A stretch of 62,816 nt of DNA from positions 1 through 62,816 of the forward strand of contig PDIP01000066.1 in NCBI GenBank assembly GCA_002811645.1, given 5' to 3'. Below are positions 1 through 11,856 of the stretch, piece by piece. A model generated the notes under the pieces. It ran no database searches. It was not told the origin of the DNA and saw only the letters and a program-made list of their open reading frames with translations. The position numbers and the translations under genes are program-made. This DNA comes from Corallochytrium limacisporum Hawaii. Its lineage: Eukaryota > Protista > Pluriformea. Numbering within the stretch: the first letter of the stretch is position 1; the number at the start of each line of letters is the position of its first letter.

Positions 1-1534
1 CCCCCTTTCCCTTTCCTTTCCCTTTTTTTTCCCTTTGTTTTGGCTTTCCCTGTGGCTCGGGGTTAACAACCTCCCCCTCAACTTCCTCTCTCTTCCTCCC
101 CCTGACTCCCGCCCCTCTTCCCTTTTTTTTTGATTGTCCTTTCCCGGGTACATTACCTACGACTTAACCAAAGGGGCATCGCTTTCCCTTTCGGCGGTGT
201 GGAAAAAATTTGCAAGTTTTTGTTTCCTATCCAAAGGCCGTGATGCTGCCGGCGAGTCCCTAAGCATTTCGAAATGAAATTCGGGCACAGTGGGGGAAGG
301 AGGACAATGATTTCGGGAGGGTGGCGGTCTCAATTTCCTGCAAAATGACTGGGGAAGAAAAACTTTCTTCATGTTTTTGTTTCCTTTTCATCTGCCCAAA
401 GATGTCAGCGATTTCCGCACAAACCTCGCCAACAGGGGAAGAAAGCAAAGGCGGAGGGAACGACGAAGGATTTGGGGGGGGGGTTGGAAGCACCAACCCC
501 GCCGCCCGACAGAATCCGTCCACTGTGGCCCCATCCCCCCGCTTTTTTGTTTCCTTTGAGGAGCAGTGTGGTACACTTTACTCTCAACCAACCCCCCCTC
601 CCCGGGGGGCTCCCCTGTCCCTTCCCTTCCGGCACTGTCCGTTTATAGTCCACCGCCTACCCGCCTTGTTTTTTTATGACTATTTCTTCTTTTGTTTTTT
701 AGTAAACTTTGCCATTTTTTTTTTGCCCGGGGCCCCCCTTTTTCTTTGGTCCCGGAAAGGGGGAGGGAGGAGGGGGGGGTTCTCGTGATCAGCAGCTGGG
801 ACTGGACCCCCCCTCCTCTTCTCCCGCCAGCGTCAGGGCCCGGACTGTCGTCGCCCTTTGTTTTCCCGGAGCTGGTGTGACGCGAGCAATAATACACTCG
901 GTCAGCACCGCACACGCAAAGGGAACGCCCCCCCCCCCTCTCCACCGCGGCGGCGGGAAGGGGAGACGGGTGTATGTCCTAAATCGGGTCCGAAAACAAG
1001 GAAGGTAAGGAGAAAAAATAGTTAATAAACCACACACACACACACTCACCCGAAATTTAAAAAAGGAAGGAAGTACCCCAAGCCCCCCCTCCGGAGGGGT
1101 TCCCCCAATACTACAGTCGCCCACAACGAAGAAAGGAAGGGGGAGTGGGGACACACACCGGGCAGGATGCAAAGTCATCATCACGATGATCCGGTCCGGT
1201 CGATGAGAAGAGAGCTCAGGGTGGGATAAGGGAGATACCCACCACCACCACAAAGTAAGTGACAGCGCACACACACACACAAACACTACACAGACGGAAA
1301 AGCGGGCAGGGGCGGTTTGAAGTAGTGGTAGGAGTAGCACAGAGGGAGGAGAGAAAGTAGTTAAGAGAGAAGCCAATTGCGTGGGCGTATGGCTGATGCG
1401 GGGTTCGGGAGACTGATTGTAGCGCGTAATGGGCGCGATGGAGGGAGCCCCCCCCCCCGGGGGGGGAGGGGGTCAGCAGGTCGGCACTTCGATGAGAAAC
1501 ACACTGACGCAAAGATACAGACATAGACAGACAC

Positions 1535-1590
1535 AGAGAGAGCGAGAGAGAGAGAGAGAGCGAGCGCGAGAGGAGAGGGGAGAGAGGGAG
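1535..1590. repeat. (GA)n-rich microsatellite
   Basis: Visible imperfect GA dinucleotide run. Confidence 0.8.
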
Positions 1591-1998
1591 AAGGACAAAA
1601 TGCGAGGACGACGAGGGGGCGGGTGTAGGCCCCCCTTTCCCGGTGGTCGGGGGTGAGAGTGTCTTTCAGTGTGTGCGCTCCTTCAACGAGACACCGGTGT
1701 CGCCGCTAGATCTGATAGAGCGTTGTCCTGGCCGGGGCTCGAGTCTGCTGCTTCTTACAGATGCGTGTGACAAAAATTCGGGGAAGGGTCCTAGCAGGAA
1801 TGGCAATTTCCTAGCGTTGGTTTCTTTGGCAGCTCTGATCCTTGCGTCTCTTGATTTGTGGAAGGTCATGTCCAGCTGCTGTGTTGAACGCAATCAGTAA
1901 CGGACTGTGGTATTTCAGACTTGAGTGATCTGACGATATGAGAACCCCTTTGCAGGACTTTGAGCGTAGCATTGGGAGTTCCACCAGCCACAGACACG

Positions 1999-3120
1999 AT
2001 GACAGAACTTGCGCAAGCAATGTTGTGGTCACAAGACGGCCGTGGCCACATCTTTGGTGACGAAGATGTGACCTGGGCCGAGGATGCGCCAGCCTACGGC
2101 CACTGCTTCGTTTACAGTCGCGAGTACGACGTTAGTTTCCTAGGCATCGAAAACTTGCACCCATTTGACTCTTGCAAATGGGGCAAAGTAGCCAAGATGC
2201 TGCAGGAAGACGGCACCTTTGGAGTAGTATTGCCCTCATTAGCGAAGGTCAGAAAGGAAGGGTCGGTATGGGAGCCTCTGAGCGGCGATCATGCACTGAG
2301 CCATGTCCGAGCCCTCCACAGTGATGAGTACGTTGATTCCCTAAAGCATTCATCTACCGTGGCGGATATCACAGAAATGTGGCCTCTGCGGCTGTTGCCC
2401 CATTTCCTGCTCGACAAGGGCCTGCTGGGCCCCATGGCCTGCCAAGCGGCTGGTACAGTCTTGGCCACTCGCGTCTGTAAGGAAAGCGGTAAGGGGTGGG
2501 CCGTGAACATCGGCGGAGGCTTTCACCACGCACACAGTGGCGGGGGTGGAGGTTTCTGCGTCTGGGCCGATGTCGGCATGGCTGCATTGATTGCGCTGGA
2601 TCCCACATTTGGAGACTACGGAGTGGTCGGAATTATGGACCTGGATGCACACCAGGGCAACGGCCATGCCCGACACGTCGGTCACATGAAGGACCAGGTC
2701 GTAATTGCCGACGTCTACAATTCCAAGATCTACCCCCGGGACAAGGAGGCTGCTAAGTTTATCGACATTCCGATCAAGGTGAAATCGAGATGCGAAGACA
2801 CGCAGTACCTAGGTGCAGTGCAGAGCGCAATGGCCCAGCTGGTCTGTAAAATGAAAGAGAAGGTGGAAGATCGTGAAAGCCAACGGATGCTTGTCCTATA
2901 TGTGGCAGGCACAGATATCCTGGAGGGTGATCCGCTCGGACGCATGGATATTTCGATAGAAGGTGTGCTCGATCGGGACGAAATTGTCTTCAAGAACTGT
3001 CGCAGGCATAACATTGATGTTGTGATGGTGACCGCCGGCGGCTACCAGTCTTCGAACTCCCACGTAATCTATGCTTCCCTAAAGAACTTGCAGCATAAGG
3101 GTCTCCTGCCGTGCAAGTAG
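1999..3120 (+). CDS. HDAC11: Class IV histone deacetylase (HDAC11-like)
   Basis: HDAC11-typical motifs HPFDSCKWGKV, NIGGGFHHA, DLDAHQGNG, YVAGTDILEGDPLG and GGYQ. First ATG is at 1999; the ORF track starts at a TTG at 1960. Confidence 0.92.
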   Translation: MTELAQAMLWSQDGRGHIFGDEDVTWAEDAPAYGHCFVYSREYDVSFLGIENLHPFDSCKWGKVAKMLQEDGTFGVVLPSLAKVRKEGSVWEPLSGDHALSHVRALHSDEYVDSLKHSSTVADITEMWPLRLLPHFLLDKGLLGPMACQAAGTVLATRVCKESGKGWAVNIGGGFHHAHSGGGGGFCVWADVGMAALIALDPTFGDYGVVGIMDLDAHQGNGHARHVGHMKDQVVIADVYNSKIYPRDKEAAKFIDIPIKVKSRCEDTQYLGAVQSAMAQLVCKMKEKVEDRESQRMLVLYVAGTDILEGDPLGRMDISIEGVLDRDEIVFKNCRRHNIDVVMVTAGGYQSSNSHVIYASLKNLQHKGLLPCK

Positions 3121-3202
3121 AGCCTTTCTACGGGAACTGAATGTGAATAGAAATGTATATGTAAACAATGTGAACGATGGAATGGATGATGATAAAGGCG
3201 AC

Positions 3203-4195
3203 CTACTCTTCCATATCGTCAGGCTGAGCCGGTCCCTCACTGTCATGTCCGGTGGGATCTTCGCTGGCGCCGGCGCCAGCTGCTCCGCCGATGGTGGTTT
3301 GATCCTGCTGTTCCTGACTGGGCGACTCGAAGCGACGTTCCGCCTCAAAGGTGTTGAACACGGAGCTCTCGGTTGAGCAAGTCGGGCATGAGGCACACTC
3401 GGCCTGTACCGCATCACTGAATTGCAGAGGGCAGCAGTAGGTGTGCAAGCGTTGTTCGCAGTTGATGCACCAGTGGCCGTAGACCACAAGGTCATGGCAA
3501 CGGGGACACAACGCACGGTCGAGAGCACTGTCTCCGTCCTGCGTCTGCGTCTGCATCTGCGTCTGCTGCTGTGTCTTTAAGGCGTCGATGATGCCCGGCT
3601 TGATCTCTGTCAGGGCGTGGGTAGTCAGTCGGAGGTAACCCAAATCCTCCTCACAAGGTACGAGCCATCCCTCCTCAATCAGGTGGTTGATGCAATCCGT
3701 GGTGCTGGCAATGCGCACGCCGGCAGGCAATTCCGCATTGGCAGCATCGATGCGAGAAATACAACCGAGGCGGCTCCCAATTATGGCGGATTCAATTCCG
3801 CTGAACAGTGACGTGTCATTGGCGTTGAGCTGAGTGGCCTCCTGGACTTCTTCTTCGGCACGGTTGGCGAACACCAACATTTCTGTTCCCGTTTCCTCGT
3901 CTTTGGCAATCACGTACTCCAGACGTAGAATTTCGTGTAGAGTTCTGTTGACCCTTTGCATAATCTCGTTCTTGAAGTCCTCTTCAATAACTGTCATCTG
4001 GGTTTCTACCGTCGTCTCGGCGTAGGGAGCTCCGGTTACGTCACAGCACTTCATCCACAATTGTATTCCATCCTTAAGGGTCATGATTTTTGACTGCATC
4101 ATGGCCTGATTGAAGAGCCGGTGTCTGTTATCAAACTCGAATTCGTCTGGATTGTGCTCAGCAATGTTGCTGTTCTGTCGGCGTAAGCTGGGCAT
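3203..4195 (-). CDS. NSMCE1: Smc5/6 complex subunit Nse1 (winged-helix plus RING-like)
   Basis: HRLFNQAMMQ N-terminus, LIEEGWL..YLRLTTHALTEI, and a C-terminal C4HC3 RING variant CPRCHDLVVYGHWCINC..LHTYC..CPTC. Confidence 0.82.
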   Translation of the reverse strand: MPSLRRQNSNIAEHNPDEFEFDNRHRLFNQAMMQSKIMTLKDGIQLWMKCCDVTGAPYAETTVETQMTVIEEDFKNEIMQRVNRTLHEILRLEYVIAKDEETGTEMLVFANRAEEEVQEATQLNANDTSLFSGIESAIIGSRLGCISRIDAANAELPAGVRIASTTDCINHLIEEGWLVPCEEDLGYLRLTTHALTEIKPGIIDALKTQQQTQMQTQTQDGDSALDRALCPRCHDLVVYGHWCINCEQRLHTYCCPLQFSDAVQAECASCPTCSTESSVFNTFEAERRFESPSQEQQDQTTIGGAAGAGASEDPTGHDSEGPAQPDDMEE

Positions 4196-4923
4196 ATTTG
4201 CTCTCTAACGGGCCTTGTGTGTCATAAAAAGTTGTACGTCTCTGTATGTTTCACTCGTTTCCGACTGTTTATGTCTCAAACCTTACCTCATTCATTCTGC
4301 CGTTGATATAGCAGTCTCTCTGATCTACCTCCCCTCATCTACCCAACAAAGTCTTCAGATGTATCCAGCCGCAGATAGGGCAGGTCACCCCTTCCCCCGA
4401 GACCACCGGTCGTTGTCGGTGGCTATTCTGGCGCGAACTCTTGTGCAGCTGGCTTCGAACGGGGGGCCTATGTCGCACTCAATGCACAGTGCAGTCCTGC
4501 TGGTACCCGGAAGCGAGAAAAATTAGGCCCCCACTGTATTGCCAATCCCCCCCCCCACTCCAGTCTTTGTGGACCTGGAGAGCGGGGGGTGTGTGGGGAG
4601 GCAACCCCGGCGTGGATTGGCTTTTGCGCTGTAAGGAGGGGAGCGTAAGGGTCCAGTGCCGGGGAATCACGTTTCCTCCGTTCAGCATTCGATCACGGTC
4701 ACCAAATGATAGTCTTAAATGGTACTTTTACAAATTGATATGTTCATCTTTGATCTAAGGATTTTGTATAGTTTGTAAACGTGTGAAATCAATGGTTCGT
4801 GGTGGCCGGGGAGCTGCATACTAAATATAGGTCCTCATCTGTTGTTTATGGTCTTTGGGAATATGTAAGTATTGGAACCCACTTGTCTCAAACCATAGCA
4901 ATAGAAATAGTAACGCCATTATC

Positions 4924-6252
4924 ATGAGACGGATACCAGACAGTTTGCGGCGAGCTCGACAAAGAGCTGCAGCGCCGCAGATGCGCCAGCTGATGCGGAG
5001 CCTGGAGCAGCGGGAAGAACAGCAACGGCAACAGCAGCAACATTCACAGTCTTTCAGTAGCGCGGGATCATCACACCAAGGTATGCAGACTTCAAACCAA
5101 CGGTCCTTACAGAACAGTCATTCCAATCAGTTGATGTACCCCTCGCATATGTCGCTGTACCCCGAAACGGGTACATACTTCAAGGTCGTGGCGAATACGC
5201 AGTGCCCCACCACCTACATGCGGCAGCAGGGTTCGGTCACAAGCAAATTTGGACAGAACGACAGTAGCAATAGTAACGAGATTAGTAGTAGCAGTGATAG
5301 TACGATGAGTCTGTCCTCAGGTGGAGGTGGAGGCTCCGGATCCAGCGGCAGGAAGGGTGGCGGTAGTGGGTCAAAATTCGAAGATGACGGAAGCGGATCT
5401 TTGCGTGTGTTGCGCATCCCCACATACTTTGGTATGAAGCCTTTCATTCCAACCCGCCATGAGCTGTTTGTACCCAACGACCGTCGCACTTCCGCGATTG
5501 TGCGCCACGCTCTCAATGGCCACGGAATCTTCGGGTACCTCAGTCTGAATATGGGACTGCCAGTGCCGCAGGCGGACTGGCCGTGCTTCGATGTAGGCAC
5601 TATGGTTCGTGTGGTACGAAATTTGGAGGACACTGACCTCTCAGAAATCTCATTGAGTTCCAACAGTGCCTCCATGGCCACTAACACCGCCAACGTGGCA
5701 CCGCCTCCCACCCCAACGCGTCAGCTGAACCGCGCGCCGGAGGCGTTCCGGCAGCGATCCAGCGGTGTTACCGCTGGCTCCGCCACTGGAGATGGGACTA
5801 GCAGCGGTGCCAGTGGCAACGTTGACCACAAGGAGTATCTCATCGAAGGATTCGCTCGCTTCGAAGTGGTCGAAAAACACCTGACGCCGTCGGGCTACTT
5901 TGAGGTGGTTCCGCGTTTCTTGGAGGACAAGCCCTTGAACCACAGTGAGCAAACACAGGCCCTGGAGATTGCTGTGGACATTACCAACGCCCTTGGCAAG
6001 ATCTACCGCAGTGCTAGTGCCCAGGCTAGCTCCAAACAGGGCCACTATGAACGGGTCATTGACACACTCCGGAACCTCATCTCTCAGCACAACCTGGAGA
6101 CGTTCCAGTGGCACGCATTTAACGCTTGTCACATTATCTCCAATCCAGATGTGAATCACATGCAAGCCGTGCTGCAGATGACCTCAAAGCTGGAACGCCT
6201 GTCATGGATCCGCGCCCAGCTGCAAAGGAGGATGATGCAGTCCGGACTTTGA
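4924..6252 (+). CDS. Lon protease N-terminal substrate-binding (PUA-like) domain protein with a Q/S-rich N-terminus
   Basis: Motifs FIPTRHELFVP, DVGTMVRVV, YLIEGFARFEVVE..SGYFEV and VLQMTSKLERLSWI. No AAA or protease domain. First ATG is at 4924. Confidence 0.7.
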   Translation: MRRIPDSLRRARQRAAAPQMRQLMRSLEQREEQQRQQQQHSQSFSSAGSSHQGMQTSNQRSLQNSHSNQLMYPSHMSLYPETGTYFKVVANTQCPTTYMRQQGSVTSKFGQNDSSNSNEISSSSDSTMSLSSGGGGGSGSSGRKGGGSGSKFEDDGSGSLRVLRIPTYFGMKPFIPTRHELFVPNDRRTSAIVRHALNGHGIFGYLSLNMGLPVPQADWPCFDVGTMVRVVRNLEDTDLSEISLSSNSASMATNTANVAPPPTPTRQLNRAPEAFRQRSSGVTAGSATGDGTSSGASGNVDHKEYLIEGFARFEVVEKHLTPSGYFEVVPRFLEDKPLNHSEQTQALEIAVDITNALGKIYRSASAQASSKQGHYERVIDTLRNLISQHNLETFQWHAFNACHIISNPDVNHMQAVLQMTSKLERLSWIRAQLQRRMMQSGL

Positions 6253-6502
6253 GCAGCCACGGCCCACTCTCCCGGGCCCGATGTTCTCCTCCCGCTCCGT
6301 CAGAGACCCGCCCTCCCAGGGTCCGGGAAAAGGGCAGGTTTACGTCAGCGAAAGCCCCCCTCCGCCCGGAGGGAAATTGTGCAAAACAATGGCAAAAACA
6401 GGCACTGCAGCGTGAATAGTGCGCTTGTGACAATAGGTAGTTTTTGTAGTAAATGTAGACGTAGTTGTAAGTTTCATACGTGTACAAAAAGCTGTAAGAC
6501 GG

Positions 6503-7597
6503 ATGCCATGTCTGAATGGTTACGGCCCGTTCATGTGGGTCAGATGTGCAGGACCCAGCGGTGTAGTAGGAAATCACGACCACACGATGGTTCAAGAGCG
6601 TGATTCCAACACCGGGACGGTGACCCGTGATATTCCACAAATGCGATGTGAACCAATGATAGGTAGAGAAATTGAACCATATTTGCGGACAGCGCTGGGA
6701 GCTGGCAAGATCACCAGGAACCTGCGCGGTGGAGGAGATTCCGACCTTGTGTTCAAGTACGTGCGTGAAGTTGATCAAGGGGACTGTTTTATCAAAGTGA
6801 TCAACCGCAAGGATGAAGACTTGACTACGAAATACAAACATGAGTTTCTCGGCCTCAAACACATGGCTGAGACAAAGAGTATCCGAGTACCGCAACCATT
6901 GTATGAGGGCCTTGTTACAGACCACAGTCCAGCCTTCGCGTGGATCGCAATGGAATTTGTGCCGCTGGGCGGTAGCACCGACGACGCAGCCTTTGGGCGG
7001 GACCTGGCCAAAATGCACAGGCATAACGTTGACACCAATGCAGTGAAAATGTACGGATTAGAGTGCGATGGTCGATGCGGACTGGCTTACCAGCCCAATG
7101 GATGGATGAATGACTGGTGCGACTTCTACCGCGAACGCCGGCTGGTCTTTCAACACGATCTGATTGGGAAATACACTGGCAAGACTGATACGCCGATAAC
7201 GCGAGCTCTGAAACCTCTCTTAGATGGTACCAACGAGGTATTGGACCACCTGCTTCGCAAACAGGTTGATGTAGCCACGTCCCTGATCCATGGAGACCTC
7301 TGGTCAGGAAACTGGAGCACCTGCGATTCGGACAACCGTCCCGTCATCTTCGATCCGGCCGCGTACTTTGCGCACAATGAGGCGGAGTTTAGCATCATGA
7401 CCATGTTCGGATCCCCGAGCCACGAGTTTTGGGAGGCCTACAACGAGGCCGGTGGTGGTGTAGTGCGGTGGGACGGCCCGGGGTGGCGGCAGCGCAGGGC
7501 GCTCTATCAACTCTATCACTACCTGAATCACCACAACATTTTCGGGGGATACGAGAGCGGTGTGAATGCCTGTCTTCGTGCTCTAGGTGAGTCTTAA
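6503..7597 (+). CDS. FN3K: Fructosamine/ketosamine-3-kinase family protein
   Basis: IRVPQP, WCDFYRERRL, LIHGDLWSGN, FDPAAYFAHNEAE and YQLYHYLNH. The true start may be a downstream ATG. Confidence 0.92.
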   Translation: MPCLNGYGPFMWVRCAGPSGVVGNHDHTMVQERDSNTGTVTRDIPQMRCEPMIGREIEPYLRTALGAGKITRNLRGGGDSDLVFKYVREVDQGDCFIKVINRKDEDLTTKYKHEFLGLKHMAETKSIRVPQPLYEGLVTDHSPAFAWIAMEFVPLGGSTDDAAFGRDLAKMHRHNVDTNAVKMYGLECDGRCGLAYQPNGWMNDWCDFYRERRLVFQHDLIGKYTGKTDTPITRALKPLLDGTNEVLDHLLRKQVDVATSLIHGDLWSGNWSTCDSDNRPVIFDPAAYFAHNEAEFSIMTMFGSPSHEFWEAYNEAGGGVVRWDGPGWRQRRALYQLYHYLNHHNIFGGYESGVNACLRALGES

Positions 7598-7746
7598 TCG
7601 GAAAGGAGACAAGGCTGTGAGGTTTCGACGCCAATTTTAATGGTACATAGATTAGTATTTGTTATTCTTACGAAGATACTAGTGATGATGGTTTCAGGTA
7701 GTCCACATGTCGGATCTTTCTGGGTCCCACACGGCTGATGTTTACC

Positions 7747-9096
7747 TTATAAGTCCTGGAAAAGGTCCTTGCACGGCCTGCCCTCATAGGCAATTAAATA
7801 GATGTTCCTCAACAACGGGAATTTTTTCAGCAGATCATCTCCACCATGCTTCTGCAATGCGAGGTACACCTCTTTGGCAGTGCCGTAACCAGCCAGCTTT
7901 TGTCCATTCAGGAGTTCTTCTTCCAATGTCTCAAAACTCTTACCAGTGCGGGCAAAAGCCTCACCACACTTGCGGTTCCGTCCACCAAAGCAGGTGGTGA
8001 TTAGATCGGCCACACCGCAGCTCTCCATGAATGTCTCGTCCCGAATGCCGGTGAAAAAGATTTTACAGAAGCGGATCATTTCCAGTAGTCCGATACGCAT
8101 GATTGCAGCCTTTGTGTTGGATCCCATGTCCATACCGTCTACCATGCCCGCACCAAGCGCAACTACGTTCTTGAGCGCACCACACAGCTCAACAGCGTAC
8201 ACGTCTGGCACAACTGTGACCCGGAAGTTCTCATCGTTAAACAGCCGCTCGTAGACGTGGTACTCTGTCAGCGACGGGCAACCAATAGTTGTCTCGCAGA
8301 ACTCCCCATCGGCAACTTCGTTAGCAATGTTCGCGCCCATCAGTACGCTGGTGCTAACCTGTAATTCGTCACGGATCATGTCGCTGATGAGTTTCAGACC
8401 GTCCTCGCTGTCGATTCCCTTGATGAGGGAAATAGCGATGGCTTCATCCTGGATATGTCCCTTTATCTCACGGCAAACCTTCTTCAGGAACTGGTGTGGA
8501 ATGCAAAAGATCAGCACGTCTGCGTCTTTCACTGTCGATTTCAAGTCCGGGTCAGCAATAATGTTTGTCGGCAATTTCTTGCCCGGAAGGTATTTGACGT
8601 TCTCGTGCTTTGTGTTTATGATGTCGGTGAGCTTCTGCCCGTCAATTACCTCCTCAAATACCCACATGCGAATATCAGGCACGAATAGATCCAAGTTCTG
8701 TATGGTGTTCCTGCCAATGATGCGTGCGATGGCACAGCCCCAGTTGCCGGAGCCGATCAGAGCCACGCGCGTACCCTGGTGCGCGGGTGCATAGCTCCGA
8801 CGAGACGACCGGTGGACCAGACGAACATTGTCGAGGTTGGGTGCTGACTCCTCCTTTCGTAGTGTGCCCGGTGCCATTATTGTGGTACTAGCGGTGGATA
8901 ATGGAGGAACAACCTTTGTTCTGCTGCTGAACAATCTATTGTTGTGCGGATAGTTGAAGCAGAAATGCTTGCTGCCGCTGTTCCCCGTCAGATCGGTGTT
9001 TGGCAATGGTGCGCGCTGTGTCAAAATCCTCTTTCCGAGCTGTGGGATAAGAGATCTTGCAGATGGCCGTACTGCTCCACCAAACAATCTAAACAT
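7747..9096 (-). CDS. GPD1: NAD-dependent glycerol-3-phosphate dehydrogenase with an N-terminal extension
   Basis: IGSGNWG, HENVKYLPG, LMGANIANEVA, ELCGALKNVVA and DLITTCFGGRN. Confidence 0.97.
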   Translation of the reverse strand: MFRLFGGAVRPSARSLIPQLGKRILTQRAPLPNTDLTGNSGSKHFCFNYPHNNRLFSSRTKVVPPLSTASTTIMAPGTLRKEESAPNLDNVRLVHRSSRRSYAPAHQGTRVALIGSGNWGCAIARIIGRNTIQNLDLFVPDIRMWVFEEVIDGQKLTDIINTKHENVKYLPGKKLPTNIIADPDLKSTVKDADVLIFCIPHQFLKKVCREIKGHIQDEAIAISLIKGIDSEDGLKLISDMIRDELQVSTSVLMGANIANEVADGEFCETTIGCPSLTEYHVYERLFNDENFRVTVVPDVYAVELCGALKNVVALGAGMVDGMDMGSNTKAAIMRIGLLEMIRFCKIFFTGIRDETFMESCGVADLITTCFGGRNRKCGEAFARTGKSFETLEEELLNGQKLAGYGTAKEVYLALQKHGGDDLLKKFPLLRNIYLIAYEGRPCKDLFQDL

Positions 9097-9574
9097 GCGA
9101 GTGCTCCCTTCTCTGACCCTTTCGTTTGTGATCGTCGGTGTGGGCTGTGTGTTGTAACTAACTGAACCGCTATGATATGAAGCGCAAGTGGAAACGAGCC
9201 CCGTTAATTACCACCCAGCAGATCCTTTCTCAGGACCACGAGAGTCCTCTACGCTGCGCACAGCAAAGAAACTACCGACCTTAGCGATCACACCCCATCA
9301 GGCCGCCAGGGATTCACATGCACCATTACCGACGGGGTCAACAACAGCAAATCATTGCTTTATCTGGCACGCAACACCGTGATTACTGTGCCAAGTGGCA
9401 CTGGGGTCTGTTGACGCACACTCACAAATCACACCACTATTGCTTGGTATCACACCGCTCAACTGCCGCAACCACCCAGTAATGCTGTCTCACCCGAACC
9501 ACCGGGCCGGTGGTGGTGGGGGGTGCCCGCCCCCGCCCCACCCAGTACCGGTGGTACTGAGAAACCACGAAGAT

Positions 9575-9575
<1 letters not shown>

Positions 9576-9607
<32 letters not shown>
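9576..9607. repeat. (CT)n microsatellite
   Basis: Perfect CT run of about 16 units. Confidence 0.9.
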
Positions 9608-9608
<1 letters not shown>

Positions 9609-10506
9609 AACATTGCGCAGAAATACAAAACAAAAAAAAAATAGAAAATGCTTCTTCTTTCCTTCTCTTTTCTCCCTTTTTTTTTTTATTACTTTTGGAG
9701 TTTTGCTTTTCACAGCCAGCGACACCGGGGGAAGGGCCTCCCCCCCCCCCCCCAAAAAAATAAAGCTTCGGAACACACACACACAAGGCCTTAAAATGGA
9801 CTCCCGAACGCATTGCCTTTTTCTTTTAGTGGTATTTTTTTTTGGGTCTCCCTCTCTCTCTCTCTGTGGCTCTGTGTCTGTGTGTGGGGCACTGCGGCCG
9901 GTGGTGCGGGGTGTGAGTGTGTGTGTTTTGTTTCCGGGGTGGAGGGGGGGGGGGCCCGAGTCGTGTGAGGCTGGTGGCTTGGCTGCTTTGGCCCGAGGGT
10001 TGGAAGGGGTAGTACCCCACCACCACCGCGGGATTCTCACGGAGAGAAGAGAGAGAGAGAGAGCGAGAAGGGGGGGCGGGGGCCGTTCTGGCCCATCGGC
10101 AAAAACATCGCGCTCCCCCCCCCCCGGCTTTCCCCGCCCCGCAGAATCCGACGGCTCGGCAGGCGTAGCGGGCAGAGAGGTGAAAGAGACTCAGGGAGAG
10201 AGTGAGAGTGAGAGAGAGGCCGAGAGACTCGCCCAGTACTTTCCGTACGGGGAGCGCAGCAAGGGGGACGGCGGCATCGGCAGGACGGGATCTGGTTCGG
10301 ATGGTGCGCCATCCTAAGGCGCAGGGTAGATGGTCTGGTCTGGATGTTCCCTTGAATACCATCCGGGCCTTGATGAGAAAAAAAGGAAGGATATGAATGC
10401 AGGTGTTCTGCGCATTGTCGATGTGATGCGAGCGAATGACGCCCAATGGCTTAGTGTTATGGTTTGACTGTTCGCTTCTTTATTACTACAACCTGAGGGG
10501 TGTGTG

Positions 10507-11160
10507 TTACATAAAGTCCTCCTCCCACTCATTGACATCAATATCACCCTTCTGGTTGCTAATTTCTAGGTTGCTGATCATGTTCTCGGCCTTCATCATG
10601 TGTTTGTAGTCCCGCTCCTCTGCCTCCTTAGCCCGCTTGTCAGCCTCGTCTTTCTCCTGCTTCTCGCGCGCCTTCATTTCCTTCTTCTTCTTCTCACGCT
10701 CTAACCGATCGCGATTGTCCCGCTCCGCAGCAAGATCCACTTCCTTCTCTTCCTTGGTCCTGTTCAGACGGCGCACGATGTCGGTATTCTTTTCGACGTT
10801 CCGTTTCTTGATCACGTTCTTCTGCTCATGGAAACCGACTTGACCAGCGACCATATCGCCAGTCTTTTTCAAATTCCCATACGGGGTGTACACGACATCG
10901 ACTTCCTTACGCTTGCTGCCTTCGATACTGTTTGCCTTCACTAAGTGGCAAGCGTCGTCGATCACTTCAGCAGGAATATCTTCCCAGGTCTCACCTGCGT
11001 TCATCCTCACGTAAACGTGAGCACTGGAGAGATCATCGACATGGAACCAGTAGTCCTCGGGCCATCCAAACTTAAGCAATTCTTCATTCTCGTACTTATC
11101 CTTACCCATGTAGAACACCCATTCCTTGCCATGGTGGCGAGACTTAAAATAGAATGGCAT
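10507..11160 (-). CDS. CCDC25: CCDC25/Jlp2 (NFACT-R, DUF814) coiled-coil protein
   Basis: YMGKDKYENEELLKFGWPEDYWFHVDDLSSAHVY, LVKANSIEG and a terminal EEDFM. Confidence 0.95.
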   Translation of the reverse strand: MPFYFKSRHHGKEWVFYMGKDKYENEELLKFGWPEDYWFHVDDLSSAHVYVRMNAGETWEDIPAEVIDDACHLVKANSIEGSKRKEVDVVYTPYGNLKKTGDMVAGQVGFHEQKNVIKKRNVEKNTDIVRRLNRTKEEKEVDLAAERDNRDRLEREKKKKEMKAREKQEKDEADKRAKEAEERDYKHMMKAENMISNLEISNQKGDIDVNEWEEDFM

Positions 11161-11856
11161 GACTGCTTTTTGCTCGCAAGTGTGTTGTCCTTACGGATAT
11201 CCTATTTCTAGCTAGTTTCTATATTTAACTACAAATGCACGAAGGCTTAATGTAGCTGATCACACATACCCAGGGTTTCGTAGCTGCTCATCACCTAAAT
11301 TGTCAACAGTGACCCTGAAATTTTAAAACAAGTGTCCGCAGGGGCCTTATCGGCCCAACCCTGCCACCACCCCAACTCTCTCGGTGCGGGGAGAAAGGGG
11401 GGGGGGGGGGCCTTGGCTGGCTCACCGATGGTTTCGTACCCTCCCTCCTCCCCACACGCCCGCCCCAGTCCTTTGCTTTGCCTGGGCCATTCAAGAGGGG
11501 AGGAGGGGGAGAGGAACCAAGGGGCAGGCCGGCCACGCGACCGATGGGGGACTAGCCTCTGGTGCCGGCACCCAATGGCGTTTGGTTGGCAGCTCACATT
11601 TCAATGATGTGTCCTTGACGTCTCTCATGCTTTTTATCAGGGTCGTATAGCTACTTGAAAGTCGGTTTCGTTTTTTCTACCACTAGATATGTATGTTTGG
11701 GTGCAAAAGAACGTAGTATTCAACATCGTATGGAACCCGATCACCGCTGCGGATAGTTTAGGCGAACCTATAGTTGTACAGCAGTGACTGAAATAGCGCG
11801 CTCAATCCTCTGGTATTTCGAAACATCAAAACCTAAAGAACATATTGACAGGAAAC

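Noticed and set aside
1-1650. ORFs in low-complexity G/C and microsatellite DNA (also 9400-10300)
   Set aside because: Pro/Gly/Phe-rich translations of simple repeats with no protein signal.
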